The notes under the pieces: generated by a model
What the model was told of the DNA's origin: nothing
What the model saw: only the letters and a program-made list of their open reading frames with translations
The model's database searches: none
In this document: positions 10,644 through 20,523 of the stretch, piece after piece
Layout of the letters: each line of letters opens with the position of its first letter
Numbering within the stretch: position 1 is the stretch's first letter
Program-made: the position numbers and the translations under genes
Virus record (IMG/VR): IMGVR_UViG_3300048576_000363
Location: 1 to 64,000 of that record
Origin: an uncultured virus (IMG/VR IMGVR_UViG_3300048576_000363)
Lineage: Duplodnaviria; Heunggongvirae; Uroviricota; Caudoviricetes
DNA length: 64,000 nucleotides
Direction: 5' to 3' (one strand)

Positions 10644-12065
10644 TTAATCTTCAAACTTCATTACATCTAAGTCTGAGTCTAGTTTAATGTTCCTTCTATT
10701 AATAGCATTTGTTGCTTTTCTTATTTTTTCTCTTCTTTGCTCTATCAAATCTACACCTTTAATATCAACATTCATTTTAGCAGCTTGCTCTGCTGCATTC
10801 CTTGACAATGTTGTTAGTTCACTTCCTTGATCAGTTTCGCTTTGTGTAGCATCATCGTGTTGTTCGTCAATAATATTATGTTCATTTTTTTCAATAGCCT
10901 TATAGTCGTTATTACTCTGACCAGATAAACTTTTTAGAAAACTATCTATTTCGACTTCAATATCTATTTCTTCAGCCATAACTTCATCAAAGGCTTTTTC
11001 TTTTTCTTTTTTTGTAACAGCTGCAAAATCTTTCATTTTTATGATTTCTAAATAACTAAAATTATCATGAAAGAATCCTTTTAACTTGTCTTCTTCAAGT
11101 TGAATTTGCATTGCTTCATTTTCAATAATAGATGAGTCAGAAAATTCAATACCACGGCGAACATAAATTTCTCTCTCAACTAACACTTGTTTTCTTTTTT
11201 CTCTTAGATAACTCTTTAAAGCTTTGATTTCGCTTTCTCTAACCAAAGTATCATGCTCATCTACAAGCTCACCATTTAAAGTCTTTTCCATCAAAATATT
11301 AATACGAGCTTCATATTGTTCGTCATCTTCATTTTGTTGTCTTTCCATTGAAGAAAATACATCATTTGATTCTACAACTTCTTGTATAATTCCTGATTCA
11401 ATTTCTTCTGCAACCATTTTCTTTTCTTTATCTAAAGTTTGTTCAAGTTGCTCTACAATTCCTGTACTTGTTTTTGCCTTTTTGAAACCTTTAGGATTTA
11501 TGAAAGAACAAATTGAATTTGTCATGTACTCAACTTTACTCCAAGATTTCTTTTCAACTTCAAACGCATCTTTATAAACGTTTGTTAAAATCCAATAAAA
11601 CTGATATTGATTTAACATTCTTATAGCAAAAGGATTGTCTATTCTACTACAAGTTTTAAAAACAGCCCACATGTTTCTTGATTCTCTTGTTTCTAAAAAA
11701 TAATCAATAAATTTCGAAGATTCTAAAATTTCAGCATCTATTGTTTGATACACTTCATAAAGTTTAAAAATCAGTTTTGAGTTAAATTTGCGCAAAATCT
11801 TTTCATGTTTTTGTTTTTCAAAATCTAAACCATCAATAAACATTATTGAACTACACAAGATATCAAGAACTAACATAATATTATAATTGTTTGAAAGATA
11901 CTTGTATTTTCTTGGAATATCTTCTCTTTCTTTAGTTGTCAAAGAACGTAATACAAAATGGTGATTTGCTATCTCAAATTCTCGTGTTATGAAAGATTTA
12001 AACACAAGATCTGAAAGCAATTCAAAATCCTGCTTGGTTACTTTTCTAGCAGTGCTCACTAGCAT
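10644..12065 (-). CDS. Tail assembly chaperone-like protein with long acidic C-terminus
   Basis: N-terminus (REFEIANHHFVLRSLT) resembles the 133-aa chaperone. Lies between tube and tape measure; AGGAG RBS. Confidence 0.45.
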   Translation of the reverse strand: MLVSTARKVTKQDFELLSDLVFKSFITREFEIANHHFVLRSLTTKEREDIPRKYKYLSNNYNIMLVLDILCSSIMFIDGLDFEKQKHEKILRKFNSKLIFKLYEVYQTIDAEILESSKFIDYFLETRESRNMWAVFKTCSRIDNPFAIRMLNQYQFYWILTNVYKDAFEVEKKSWSKVEYMTNSICSFINPKGFKKAKTSTGIVEQLEQTLDKEKKMVAEEIESGIIQEVVESNDVFSSMERQQNEDDEQYEARINILMEKTLNGELVDEHDTLVRESEIKALKSYLREKRKQVLVEREIYVRRGIEFSDSSIIENEAMQIQLEEDKLKGFFHDNFSYLEIIKMKDFAAVTKKEKEKAFDEVMAEEIDIEVEIDSFLKSLSGQSNNDYKAIEKNEHNIIDEQHDDATQSETDQGSELTTLSRNAAEQAAKMNVDIKGVDLIEQRREKIRKATNAINRRNIKLDSDLDVMKFED

Positions 12066-12160
12066 AACTCCTAATTTAGAAAACTAAAGAATAATTCTGT
12101 GACACTCTCCTCTGAACTGCAACAGAGTCAATGAGCATCTAGAAGAAAGCAGTTTGAAGG

Positions 12161-12183
12161 AGGGAGCGATTGATTCGCTCCCT
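12161..12183 (-). terminator. GC-rich hairpin after tail tube gene
   Basis: AGGGAGCGA-ttgat-TCGCTCCCT inverted repeat just past the tube stop; U-tract is weak. Confidence 0.5.
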
Positions 12184-12194
12184 TATATCAGAAC

Positions 12195-12812
12195 TTAAAC
12201 AACATTACCAGTAGCAAAACCTCTTAAAGTACCTTTATTACTGTTGTAATAATCATCAGATTTCAAAGAGTCTTTATTTGCATAAACATCTGAAATCTGG
12301 CATGTCATATCTTGAGTAACAGAAGTTGCTCCAATATCAAAAGTTTTTGCAAAATCTGACATCCAACAACCTTCATACCAAGTTTTGACAACCTTTACAG
12401 CACCATCGTCTACAGCACCACCTTTTGCCTGACCCTTAATATAATCAGGAATCAAGATAGTCTCATAAACATCAAATGGCCACTGATGATGCTTCAAAGA
12501 ACGTATCAATCCAGAGCTTCCAGCTTTATAGCCAAAAAGTTGCTGAATGTCTCTTAAATACATCATCATGACTGTTGCTGTAGCTGAAAGGTCTGTGACA
12601 CCGACAGCAAGTTCTGCAACCTGATCACCAAAACCAATTCCACGTACAGGCTCAATAGCTCTTGTATCTGTAGGATTCCATGTTTGAATAAGACCTATAG
12701 GTTGAAATGCTGTATCTTCTGCGTCAATACTAAATACACGTACTCTTTGAGGATTAAGAAGACGAGTATTTGGCGACACACCTTCTCTATAGATATACGC
12801 TTGTCTTGCCAT
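12195..12812 (-). CDS. Tail tube protein
   Basis: 205 aa directly downstream of the sheath; IGLIQTWNP...IEPVRGIG and WYEGCWMSD...TQDMT patterns typical of large-myophage tubes. Confidence 0.8.
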   Translation of the reverse strand: MARQAYIYREGVSPNTRLLNPQRVRVFSIDAEDTAFQPIGLIQTWNPTDTRAIEPVRGIGFGDQVAELAVGVTDLSATATVMMMYLRDIQQLFGYKAGSSGLIRSLKHHQWPFDVYETILIPDYIKGQAKGGAVDDGAVKVVKTWYEGCWMSDFAKTFDIGATSVTQDMTCQISDVYANKDSLKSDDYYNSNKGTLRGFATGNVV

Positions 12813-12873
12813 ACTTTTATACTCCTTGGATTAAATTTTCTACTATTTCTTAACAAATAAACACTTTATTAAA

Positions 12874-12901
12874 TTGGGCACCTAACAAATCAGATGCCCA
12901 A
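12874..12901 (-). other. Intergenic hairpin between sheath and tube genes
   Basis: TTGGGCA...TGCCCAA inverted repeat. Confidence 0.4.
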
Positions 12902-12910
12902 CTTAAAGTT

Positions 12911-15619
12911 TTAGAATCTTACACGAATCTGGTATTCGACATCAACCCAGTTTAAACCCATGATCGGAATGTAGAAAGCTGTTACCTTGATAAAGTCAGG
13001 CTGTACTGTATCTCTTACAGCTGTAACACCCTTATAATCAACAATTATTTGAGAGTCAACTGCCGAAGCTAGCATAGATCCAAGTGTAGCAGCAATTTCA
13101 CCAGCAAGATTTGCAGTCATCTTTCTTCCAATAAAAGGTTCTATTGCTCTACGTGTTTCTTGTTGAATGAAGTCTCTTATTGTTATAATCATGACTTCTC
13201 TTGTAAGAGCACTTGCCATATTTGTTGTTAAAGCATGACGAATAACAAATGTTTGACTTACTTTCATAATAACAGTCAGACCTCTAGTAGCAACCATGTC
13301 CATTGTTGTTTCATCTAGAGAACGAACAAGTTGTTTGAAACCAAGTAATGTCTTTCTTGTCATCGGTGTTGCAACATCGTAAATTGGACTAACATTCAAA
13401 CCACAAAGAGCTGCAGCTAAGAATGTTCCATCTACAACATGTTCACTCACGCTTCCATCAGCTTCAACCATCTCAATAACAGCACCATCAGGATAAACAC
13501 CAGTCATACGTTCTGTATTTAAAGCAAGAGCATAATTTCCAGCCTCCATAGGTTCTGTACCAACTGCAAAACCAAAGAAACTGATTCTTTCTCTTCTATT
13601 TCTCTTTGAAGACTGTGTTGCACAATGCGTTGCTGTAGCATTAATAACTGACGCTGATGTAGTAACTGGGAAAATCACAGCTGGATTTATACCATCAATG
13701 TCCTGTTCAAGACGTTTCAAAACATCAAAGTACGACTGATCAGCTGCAAGGTCACTTCCTTCTGCCTTCATAACCTGACAAAGAATAAGAGCAGTTGCTC
13801 CATTCAAGAACATCAAGTAAGAAGCAAGAACTAAAGGGTTTGAAACTGATAAATCACCAAACTCAGTTGTAATATCTTTGAATTTTGTGTAAAGTGCACA
13901 GTCGTAATTGTCTTTCTCGTAATAATACGATACATAATAAACATCACCAACTGCAGGTTCTCTTCCTGACTTATCAAAAGCTATAAGATCAGTGATATCT
14001 CCTGTTGTTACATCTGTTGTGTTGTTTATGTTCAAAGAAAGACCTGGGATACTAGAAACAGGGATTACGCTTGTTGTAAATGTTGCTTCTGCAACAACAT
14101 CAATCTCAAGTGTATCTGTTGCAGCATACAAAGGATCAGCAGCTATAGTTAGAATCAATCCTGTACGTGCATCAACATAAGTTGTTCCAGTTCTTCCAAA
14201 ACCTGAAGAGCCATTGATAGGATCTGTCGATGTTACAGCAAAATGTGTTGACGAAGTAAATGTTAATGTTACTGTTTCATCAACTGTGTAACCTTTTGAA
14301 ACCATAGGACCTGTTAAATATACAGCTCCTGTGAATGAAGGATTAGCAACAGTCTCAGTTCCTGGAACAGCTACACCAAGACGACCATCTTCAAGAGAAG
14401 AAATTGTATAAGTTCCTACACCAACACCACCTGAAGTTGCAACTTCAATACTGTAAGTATCGTCTTCCATACGTGAACGGAAATAAGTTACCATAACTGT
14501 ACTTAAAGCTGCAGGAGCAAGTTCTAAATAAATAGTTCCTGTTTCACCTTCAACTCTAGTTACTACAACTTCAATTCCATTTACTCTAACAATAACATGT
14601 GAAGGATCGTTTGTAACGATGTCTCTTCCAGTACCATCAACTATAGGGAGAAATCTTACTGTAAAAGAAGTCATACCTGATGTGACAAACTGACTTGAAA
14701 CATCTTCATTATAAATTGTATCGTCAACAAGAGTAGCTTGTATCTGATTATCATCAAAAAATTCTCCACCTGTTGTATGAATAATTTGTGACAATTTATA
14801 ACCAGTGCCCCATTGAATCTGATTACCAATAATTGCGTAATCAACGTTTTCAACAAAGTCTGATGTTTCAGGAGACACACCAACTCTAATCATCCTTGTA
14901 AGACCAGTATAAGGAAGATCATCAGCTGTATTCATATGTGTATTGTAATAATATGTAACAGTAAGTGTATCACCTTCTTCAGGAGGTTCTGTAAGTGTGA
15001 AAGATCCTGCAACACCATCTAAATGCGAAACTTCAACAATGACATTGTTAACTTTGACAGTAATCAAAGAAGTGTTTGTTGTAGCTTTTCCTGCATTTGT
15101 ACCATCAACAATTGGTTTATGACGTGTGAAAAAAGTAACGGCATTACCATCAACTTGAGTTGTTAAATCTTCATCAACAACTCTTGTGTCAGTCTTTTTG
15201 TAGAAATAAGTTACTGTTACTTCATCACTATCTTTAGGTGCTAAAGCAAGGTAAACTCTTCCATTTGCGCCTTCGACTTTTGCAACAATAACTTTCGTAC
15301 CGTTGACTTTTACTTCAACATCATTTGTGTTATTTGTTACGTGTCCAAGTCCATCACCAACTACAATAGGGTAGTTAAGAACAGTAAAATCACGATTTGT
15401 TCCAGTAAGTTGAGCTGAAACATCCTCGTTAACTTTTTTGTTGTCAAGATTCGGACTTGACCCGCGAACAAGTTCATATCCTTCGACTTTTTTAATCTCT
15501 TCAGCAGTTCCAATAAGTGCTGGGATTCTTTGGTTAGCAAGTAAACCTCCTACTGCTGAGTCCAAAGTTGTCGATGTGTATACAGAGGGCGGTGCATAAC
15601 CTTGAAAAGGTCCAGCCAT
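12911..15619 (-). CDS. Contractile tail sheath protein with inserted beta-sandwich repeats
   Basis: N-terminal YAPPSVY...IPALIG; conserved C-terminal sheath domain (HCATQSS..RRER; IRHALTT; FIGRK; YIPIMGLNWV). Confidence 0.9.
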   Translation of the reverse strand: MAGPFQGYAPPSVYTSTTLDSAVGGLLANQRIPALIGTAEEIKKVEGYELVRGSSPNLDNKKVNEDVSAQLTGTNRDFTVLNYPIVVGDGLGHVTNNTNDVEVKVNGTKVIVAKVEGANGRVYLALAPKDSDEVTVTYFYKKTDTRVVDEDLTTQVDGNAVTFFTRHKPIVDGTNAGKATTNTSLITVKVNNVIVEVSHLDGVAGSFTLTEPPEEGDTLTVTYYYNTHMNTADDLPYTGLTRMIRVGVSPETSDFVENVDYAIIGNQIQWGTGYKLSQIIHTTGGEFFDDNQIQATLVDDTIYNEDVSSQFVTSGMTSFTVRFLPIVDGTGRDIVTNDPSHVIVRVNGIEVVVTRVEGETGTIYLELAPAALSTVMVTYFRSRMEDDTYSIEVATSGGVGVGTYTISSLEDGRLGVAVPGTETVANPSFTGAVYLTGPMVSKGYTVDETVTLTFTSSTHFAVTSTDPINGSSGFGRTGTTYVDARTGLILTIAADPLYAATDTLEIDVVAEATFTTSVIPVSSIPGLSLNINNTTDVTTGDITDLIAFDKSGREPAVGDVYYVSYYYEKDNYDCALYTKFKDITTEFGDLSVSNPLVLASYLMFLNGATALILCQVMKAEGSDLAADQSYFDVLKRLEQDIDGINPAVIFPVTTSASVINATATHCATQSSKRNRRERISFFGFAVGTEPMEAGNYALALNTERMTGVYPDGAVIEMVEADGSVSEHVVDGTFLAAALCGLNVSPIYDVATPMTRKTLLGFKQLVRSLDETTMDMVATRGLTVIMKVSQTFVIRHALTTNMASALTREVMIITIRDFIQQETRRAIEPFIGRKMTANLAGEIAATLGSMLASAVDSQIIVDYKGVTAVRDTVQPDFIKVTAFYIPIMGLNWVDVEYQIRVRF

Positions 15620-15715
15620 AATAAGCTCCTTATGAATTATTGTTGATAATCTTTTGAACTAGCAGGTAAGTTTAGTATAATTTCAAATTACAAATTTCAC
15701 ATAAATCTGAAATTA

Positions 15716-15731
15716 ATAAAAGCATTAGAAA
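15716..15731 (-). promoter_or_regulatory. Candidate late promoter motif TTTCTA-N4-TTTTAT upstream of sheath
   Basis: Minus strand TTTCTA ATGC TTTTAT; one of six exact intergenic copies. Confidence 0.6.
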
Positions 15732-15754
15732 AACAAGCAAGATGTAAAAACAAA

Positions 15755-15783
15755 TGGCGCTTAAATTTAACAAATAAGCGCCA
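15755..15783 (-). terminator. Rho-independent terminator
   Basis: TGGCGCTTA...TAAGCGCCA stem followed by a T-rich run on the minus strand, after the 89-aa gene. Confidence 0.6.
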
Positions 15784-15797
15784 AATAAAATCAAAAC

Positions 15798-16067
15798 TTA
15801 AGTCGTTTGTTCGCTCATTTTCTTTCTTGCTTCTTCTTCAATTTGCGCTTTAATCGCTTTTTCTTTATGTATCAAAACTATTTGTTGTACATTCTGATCG
15901 TAAATAAAACACATTTTTTCTTTTTTTAAAGTTGCAACAGTTAATTCAGCTTCTGCAATTTTTTTATCGAACTCTTGCATTTTTAAAGAAAATGCTGTTC
16001 CAGGATCGATTGTGATTTGTGTTTCTGGAACTTTAGATTCTTCTTGTACTTTCACTTCTTGTGACAT
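15798..16067 (-). CDS. Hypothetical coiled-coil protein
   Basis: 89-aa ORF with AGGAG RBS, downstream of the fibre gene. Confidence 0.6.
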   Translation of the reverse strand: MSQEVKVQEESKVPETQITIDPGTAFSLKMQEFDKKIAEAELTVATLKKEKMCFIYDQNVQQIVLIHKEKAIKAQIEEEARKKMSEQTT

Positions 16068-16112
16068 AACAAAACTCCTTTTAATAATTAATTAATCTTA
16101 GTCTTTCGACTA

Positions 16113-19100
16113 TTACAAACGAACTTCAATTACACCAACATTTTCAGAATTATAACTTTGACGTGCAATTGCAAAAGCATTGATAAGTTCTGTTTTAGTT
16201 GCCATTCTTGCAACACCAGGTATATTAGAAAGAACAAGTTTACTTCCTCGTTTTACTTGTCCAACAACTTTACATAAGACATGTCCTGTCATTGCTACAC
16301 GTTTTGCATTATGCTTTATCTCAAATTGTTCTGTTGATAAATTTTGAAAATCTTCTTTTATTGTTTCGTGTTCATCTTTAGAAACAGTGAGACCACCACA
16401 AAATGCAGCTCTATCTGTTATAATACCATAAACTATCTCTGGATTTTCAGCAATTTCAACAACCATGTCGTCAGTTTCTGATTGTTGAATTACTGTACCT
16501 ACATCATATTTCGAAATATCATCTTTTACAGCAGTCCATTCAGCAAGGTCAGCAGGTGTTATTATTGTTGTTCCTGCATCAGAATAATATTGACCTGTTG
16601 CATCAATTCTTGCTACAACGCTTCCACCATTCCTAAAAATCCATTGATATCCGTGTGCATTCATCTCCATATCGTCATAAGAATGTAATGAAAGTTGTCC
16701 ACTTGATCCTGCAGATATATCTACATCACCATTTGCTTTTCCATTTCCATAAACTGAAATAAAACCACCGCTGTATGGTGTTGGTATTGCATAACCACCT
16801 TCACCATGACAAATATGAATTACACCGTCATTTGAACCCCTAATAGATTCAAAATAAGTATTACCAATATTAGAAACATATCTGAAATAATCAGAAGGTG
16901 ATGTACTTACTACTACTTGATCTACAGAATTCAAAACAAATTTATGACTGTTCATATAAACAAGCAAATCATCATATGTATATAACGCAAGTTGTCCACT
17001 TGTTCCTGTAGATATATCTACATCGCCATTTGCTTTTCCATTTCCGTAAACAGAAATGAAACCTCCATAACTTCTAGAAGGTGTTGCATAAGCACCCTCA
17101 CCATGACAAATGTGTATTGCACCGTCATTAGTTTCTCTAGAAGATTCAAAATAAGTATTTTCAGAACTATTTAAAAACTTAAAATAAGCTGTACCAGAAC
17201 TTGTAATAAACTGTTCTGCAGACATAACTGTATTACTTCCAATAACTATACTTCCAGTACTTGTAGCTTTTAGATACATTCCTCCAGGAGTATTTAACGT
17301 TTGATTTCCGTTTAAATTTATATAAGCACCCTGACCTGGAAATCTTCCTCCACACAATGTTAATGAAGCATTACTGTTAGAACCATCGACAGTTGGTCCT
17401 GCACTTATTCTGACAGAATCACTCGTAAGAAAATGTATACCATTTTGTGAAGTAGGTACTACTAATAAAGATGCAAAACTTGAATCATAAGTTGTTCCTA
17501 TACCGACTGAACCACCATCAGTACATAAATCTACGCCTTGTGTAGTACTTAAATAAGAAGTTCTTAAACCACTAGTATCCATTGATACTGTGCCTGAACC
17601 TGCTGAAAAACTGTATGCTGCACCTATAAACATATTTGCAGTGCTCATACCAAAATTTATTGTAGTTGCACCAAAATTTATCTCATCTGTACCACTTGAA
17701 ATAGTTCCATTAAGATTAATTGTTGCACTATTTATGTTAATTTTATTTTCTGAATTTTCACTACTAACATAAATAGCAGAGTTACCTGTAGTTAAACTAA
17801 TATCACCATTACTAGAATCAATAGCAATTTCAGTAGGCATCGTTCCTTGTGCTATTTCATCAACAGGTGAAAGTACAAGCATAGTTCCTCTAGAATTTAT
17901 TCTATCAATTACACCATTGTCTCCAACAAATTTGATACCTGAACCACCAATAGTGTTAAAATATACTTGACCTTCGACATGCAGTTTGTATTGAGGATTT
18001 GTAGTTCCTATACCTACATTTCCTCCTGATACTACTCTGATTCTTTCACCAGAATCAGTAACAAATCTTAAATTTTGAGCACCAGTTCCTATCTCTAAAC
18101 CTTCAGCTCCTCCAGTACCATTTGCACTTATATAACCATTTCCAGCACCACTATAAAAACTTGCAGTACCAAAAATACCTGCATTACCTCTAAGATCAAG
18201 TTTTGTTGCAGGCGTTGCTGTACCTATACCCACATTTCCTGTAACTAATAAATTCCCTGTTACTGAACTGTTATTCCCAACAGTAAAATCAGAACTAACA
18301 TAACCTGTTCCTTGAACATGCAATTTGTATTGTGGACTAGAAGTAGCAATTCCAAAGTTACCTCCACTTTCAAGTTTTACTTTTTCTGTCCCATTAGTGA
18401 AAAAACGAATATTTCTTGCACCAGTTGATGACAAAGTCAAACCTTCAGTATTATCAGCAGCAACTGCACCTCTTTCTGTATCATCTGTGAAAACAAATTT
18501 AAGCTCAGGTGCAGAACTCATAATTCTTATTACGCCATCTTGAACCCTTGCATCACCTTGTACATGAAAACGACTTTGAGGCGTTGCTGTATTAACACCA
18601 ACAAACCCTGTATTTAAGATAGTTAAAGCATCATTATCAGTTGCGAACGTTATTTGTCTTAAAGTAGCACTTGAATTACGAATAGAAGAACTTATTGCAT
18701 TTTGATTTGTCAAAATAAGAGTTCCACCAACAGTAGAACCTGTAGGTCCTATTTGTAAACCATCACCAAATATACTTGTTTTATATGCTGGAGCATTTGT
18801 ACCTATACCTACATTCCCTAAATCAACTAACAATGCACTTCCTGTTCCAGCATTGTGTATGTTAACAGCAGCAGCATTACCCGTTTGATTAACGTAAATT
18901 GAAGATTTATTTTGACTTTGATTGATCCGCAAAGTATCTTCAATTCCACATTCACCTTGAACATGGAAAAGAAAAGATGGGTTTGTAGTTCCAATTCCGA
19001 CAGAACCACTATTTACTATCAAAGAAGGTCCTGTTCCTGAGTTTAAAACATTTATTACAGGTGCATTTCCTGCATTAGTTTTATTAATAACAAGAGCATT

Positions 19101-20438
19101 ATCATTTACAGTTTGTGTTACGCTTAATTTTCCAGCAACATTCATGCTAGTAAAATTTGAAGCACCACCTATGTTAAGATCGCCACCTATTTCAAGATCT
19201 TGTCCTACTTCAAGAACACCAGAGATAAAACTATCTCCCTGAACATGAAAAAGATGTAATGGATTATTTGTTCCTACACCAATGTTACCTGTAGAACTAA
19301 CAAATAATCTTTCAACATTGTTTGTTTGTAATCTTATGTTTCTAGCACCAGTGGCATCAATATCAATTCCTGTTGAAACACCTTTTACATCTCCAACAAG
19401 AGAAGTTCCTTGATAAAAATCAATTTCAGGTGTTGTATTTTGCATCCTCAAATTTTTATTATAAATATGAACACCATCTTGAGGACTAGAAGTACCCACG
19501 CCAATTCTTCCTGTTGTTGAGAAACGTATATTTTCAACTCCAGGTTCACCTACACTAAATGTAAGATCGTTTGCATAATTTATGTCACTTGCCATATAGA
19601 TAGAACTTATTCTATGTGTATCATCACCAATTTTTGAACCATCAGATAGAACTAAGTCTGTAATTGTGTTTCCTAATGAATAACTAGATATTGAATTTAC
19701 CAAAACTCTATGATCAGTAATCATTGACGTAGTAATGTTAGAATTTGTTGTTCTTACAATTGTTGCAAGTTTTACATATCTGTGATAAATACCATTACTA
19801 TCAGTTCCATTGAAAGGTGTAGTTGCTCCAGGTGCAACTCTGATATCTTGAACCATTCTTACTCTATTTGCAGTTGCAAAACCAATACCAGGAACTATAA
19901 TTGATGTATCTTTATATTCAGGAGGTAATACACCTGTTCCTTCACCTACAGCAGAAACTTCAGCAAAATAAAAATCAACATATACTTCATCAGTTCTTGT
20001 TCCTACAAGAGGAGGTGCAATGGCAGGAATTAGCGTTTTTGTATAGTCATCATCTGTTAGATTGCCTGAAGAATTTTGTTGATTGTATTCAATATCAGTT
20101 TTCAAAAACAAAATGTAACCGTCAACAAAAAGAACTCCTGCACCCTCAACAGTACCATCACCACCTTTGATTGTAAAATTATTTGTTGGACTTGAACTTT
20201 CAACAACTTTAAAACCATCATTTGTAGATGCACCTAAAAAACAAAATCCACCAGTTGTAGCCACAAGTTGACTAGGAAAATTGCTTGTTATTAACTGACG
20301 TATATATGAATCAGAAACTTCTTGAACTTCTTCTAATTCATTTGATGAAAGAGGTACACCCTTTTGAAAATGCATTCTATAGCGTTTTGCAGGATTAAAC
20401 ATACTATTTTCATAATTGCCAGCAAACGAAACGCTCAT
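16113..20438 (-). CDS. Tail fibre / virion fibre protein with C-terminal intramolecular chaperone (peptidase G2-like)
   Basis: N-terminal FNPAKRY..HFQKGVPL...E anchor (DUF6519-like), many GNVGIGTTxP repeats, C-terminal ADLAEW...GHVLCKVVGQVKRGSKLVLS..PGVA. Confidence 0.75.
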   Translation of the reverse strand: MSVSFAGNYENSMFNPAKRYRMHFQKGVPLSSNELEEVQEVSDSYIRQLITSNFPSQLVATTGGFCFLGASTNDGFKVVESSSPTNNFTIKGGDGTVEGAGVLFVDGYILFLKTDIEYNQQNSSGNLTDDDYTKTLIPAIAPPLVGTRTDEVYVDFYFAEVSAVGEGTGVLPPEYKDTSIIVPGIGFATANRVRMVQDIRVAPGATTPFNGTDSNGIYHRYVKLATIVRTTNSNITTSMITDHRVLVNSISSYSLGNTITDLVLSDGSKIGDDTHRISSIYMASDINYANDLTFSVGEPGVENIRFSTTGRIGVGTSSPQDGVHIYNKNLRMQNTTPEIDFYQGTSLVGDVKGVSTGIDIDATGARNIRLQTNNVERLFVSSTGNIGVGTNNPLHLFHVQGDSFISGVLEVGQDLEIGGDLNIGGASNFTSMNVAGKLSVTQTVNDNALVINKTNAGNAPVINVLNSGTGPSLIVNSGSVGIGTTNPSFLFHVQGECGIEDTLRINQSQNKSSIYVNQTGNAAAVNIHNAGTGSALLVDLGNVGIGTNAPAYKTSIFGDGLQIGPTGSTVGGTLILTNQNAISSSIRNSSATLRQITFATDNDALTILNTGFVGVNTATPQSRFHVQGDARVQDGVIRIMSSAPELKFVFTDDTERGAVAADNTEGLTLSSTGARNIRFFTNGTEKVKLESGGNFGIATSSPQYKLHVQGTGYVSSDFTVGNNSSVTGNLLVTGNVGIGTATPATKLDLRGNAGIFGTASFYSGAGNGYISANGTGGAEGLEIGTGAQNLRFVTDSGERIRVVSGGNVGIGTTNPQYKLHVEGQVYFNTIGGSGIKFVGDNGVIDRINSRGTMLVLSPVDEIAQGTMPTEIAIDSSNGDISLTTGNSAIYVSSENSENKININSATINLNGTISSGTDEINFGATTINFGMSTANMFIGAAYSFSAGSGTVSMDTSGLRTSYLSTTQGVDLCTDGGSVGIGTTYDSSFASLLVVPTSQNGIHFLTSDSVRISAGPTVDGSNSNASLTLCGGRFPGQGAYINLNGNQTLNTPGGMYLKATSTGSIVIGSNTVMSAEQFITSSGTAYFKFLNSSENTYFESSRETNDGAIHICHGEGAYATPSRSYGGFISVYGNGKANGDVDISTGTSGQLALYTYDDLLVYMNSHKFVLNSVDQVVVSTSPSDYFRYVSNIGNTYFESIRGSNDGVIHICHGEGGYAIPTPYSGGFISVYGNGKANGDVDISAGSSGQLSLHSYDDMEMNAHGYQWIFRNGGSVVARIDATGQYYSDAGTTIITPADLAEWTAVKDDISKYDVGTVIQQSETDDMVVEIAENPEIVYGIITDRAAFCGGLTVSKDEHETIKEDFQNLSTEQFEIKHNAKRVAMTGHVLCKVVGQVKRGSKLVLSNIPGVARMATKTELINAFAIARQSYNSENVGVIEVRL

Positions 20439-20505
20439 AATGTGCTCCCTTTATGTAGGATTTCTTACTAATCAAACTTTAATAAAAATTTTAATAAAAA
20501 AAGAA

Positions 20506-20521
20506 ATAAAAGGAGTAGAAA
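20506..20521 (-). promoter_or_regulatory. Candidate late promoter motif upstream of fibre gene
   Basis: Minus strand TTTCTA CTCC TTTTAT, intergenic. Confidence 0.6.
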
Positions 20522-20523
20522 AC

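Noticed and set aside
10409..10654. Programmed frameshift joining tail chaperone ORFs
   Set aside because: The small ORF has its own AGGAG RBS and ATG at 10627, and I saw no convincing slippery site at the junctions.
16670..17190. Repeat pair in the fibre gene as a DGR template/variable region
   Set aside because: Both copies are coding and in frame, mismatches are not adenine-specific, and no reverse transcriptase is in the window.
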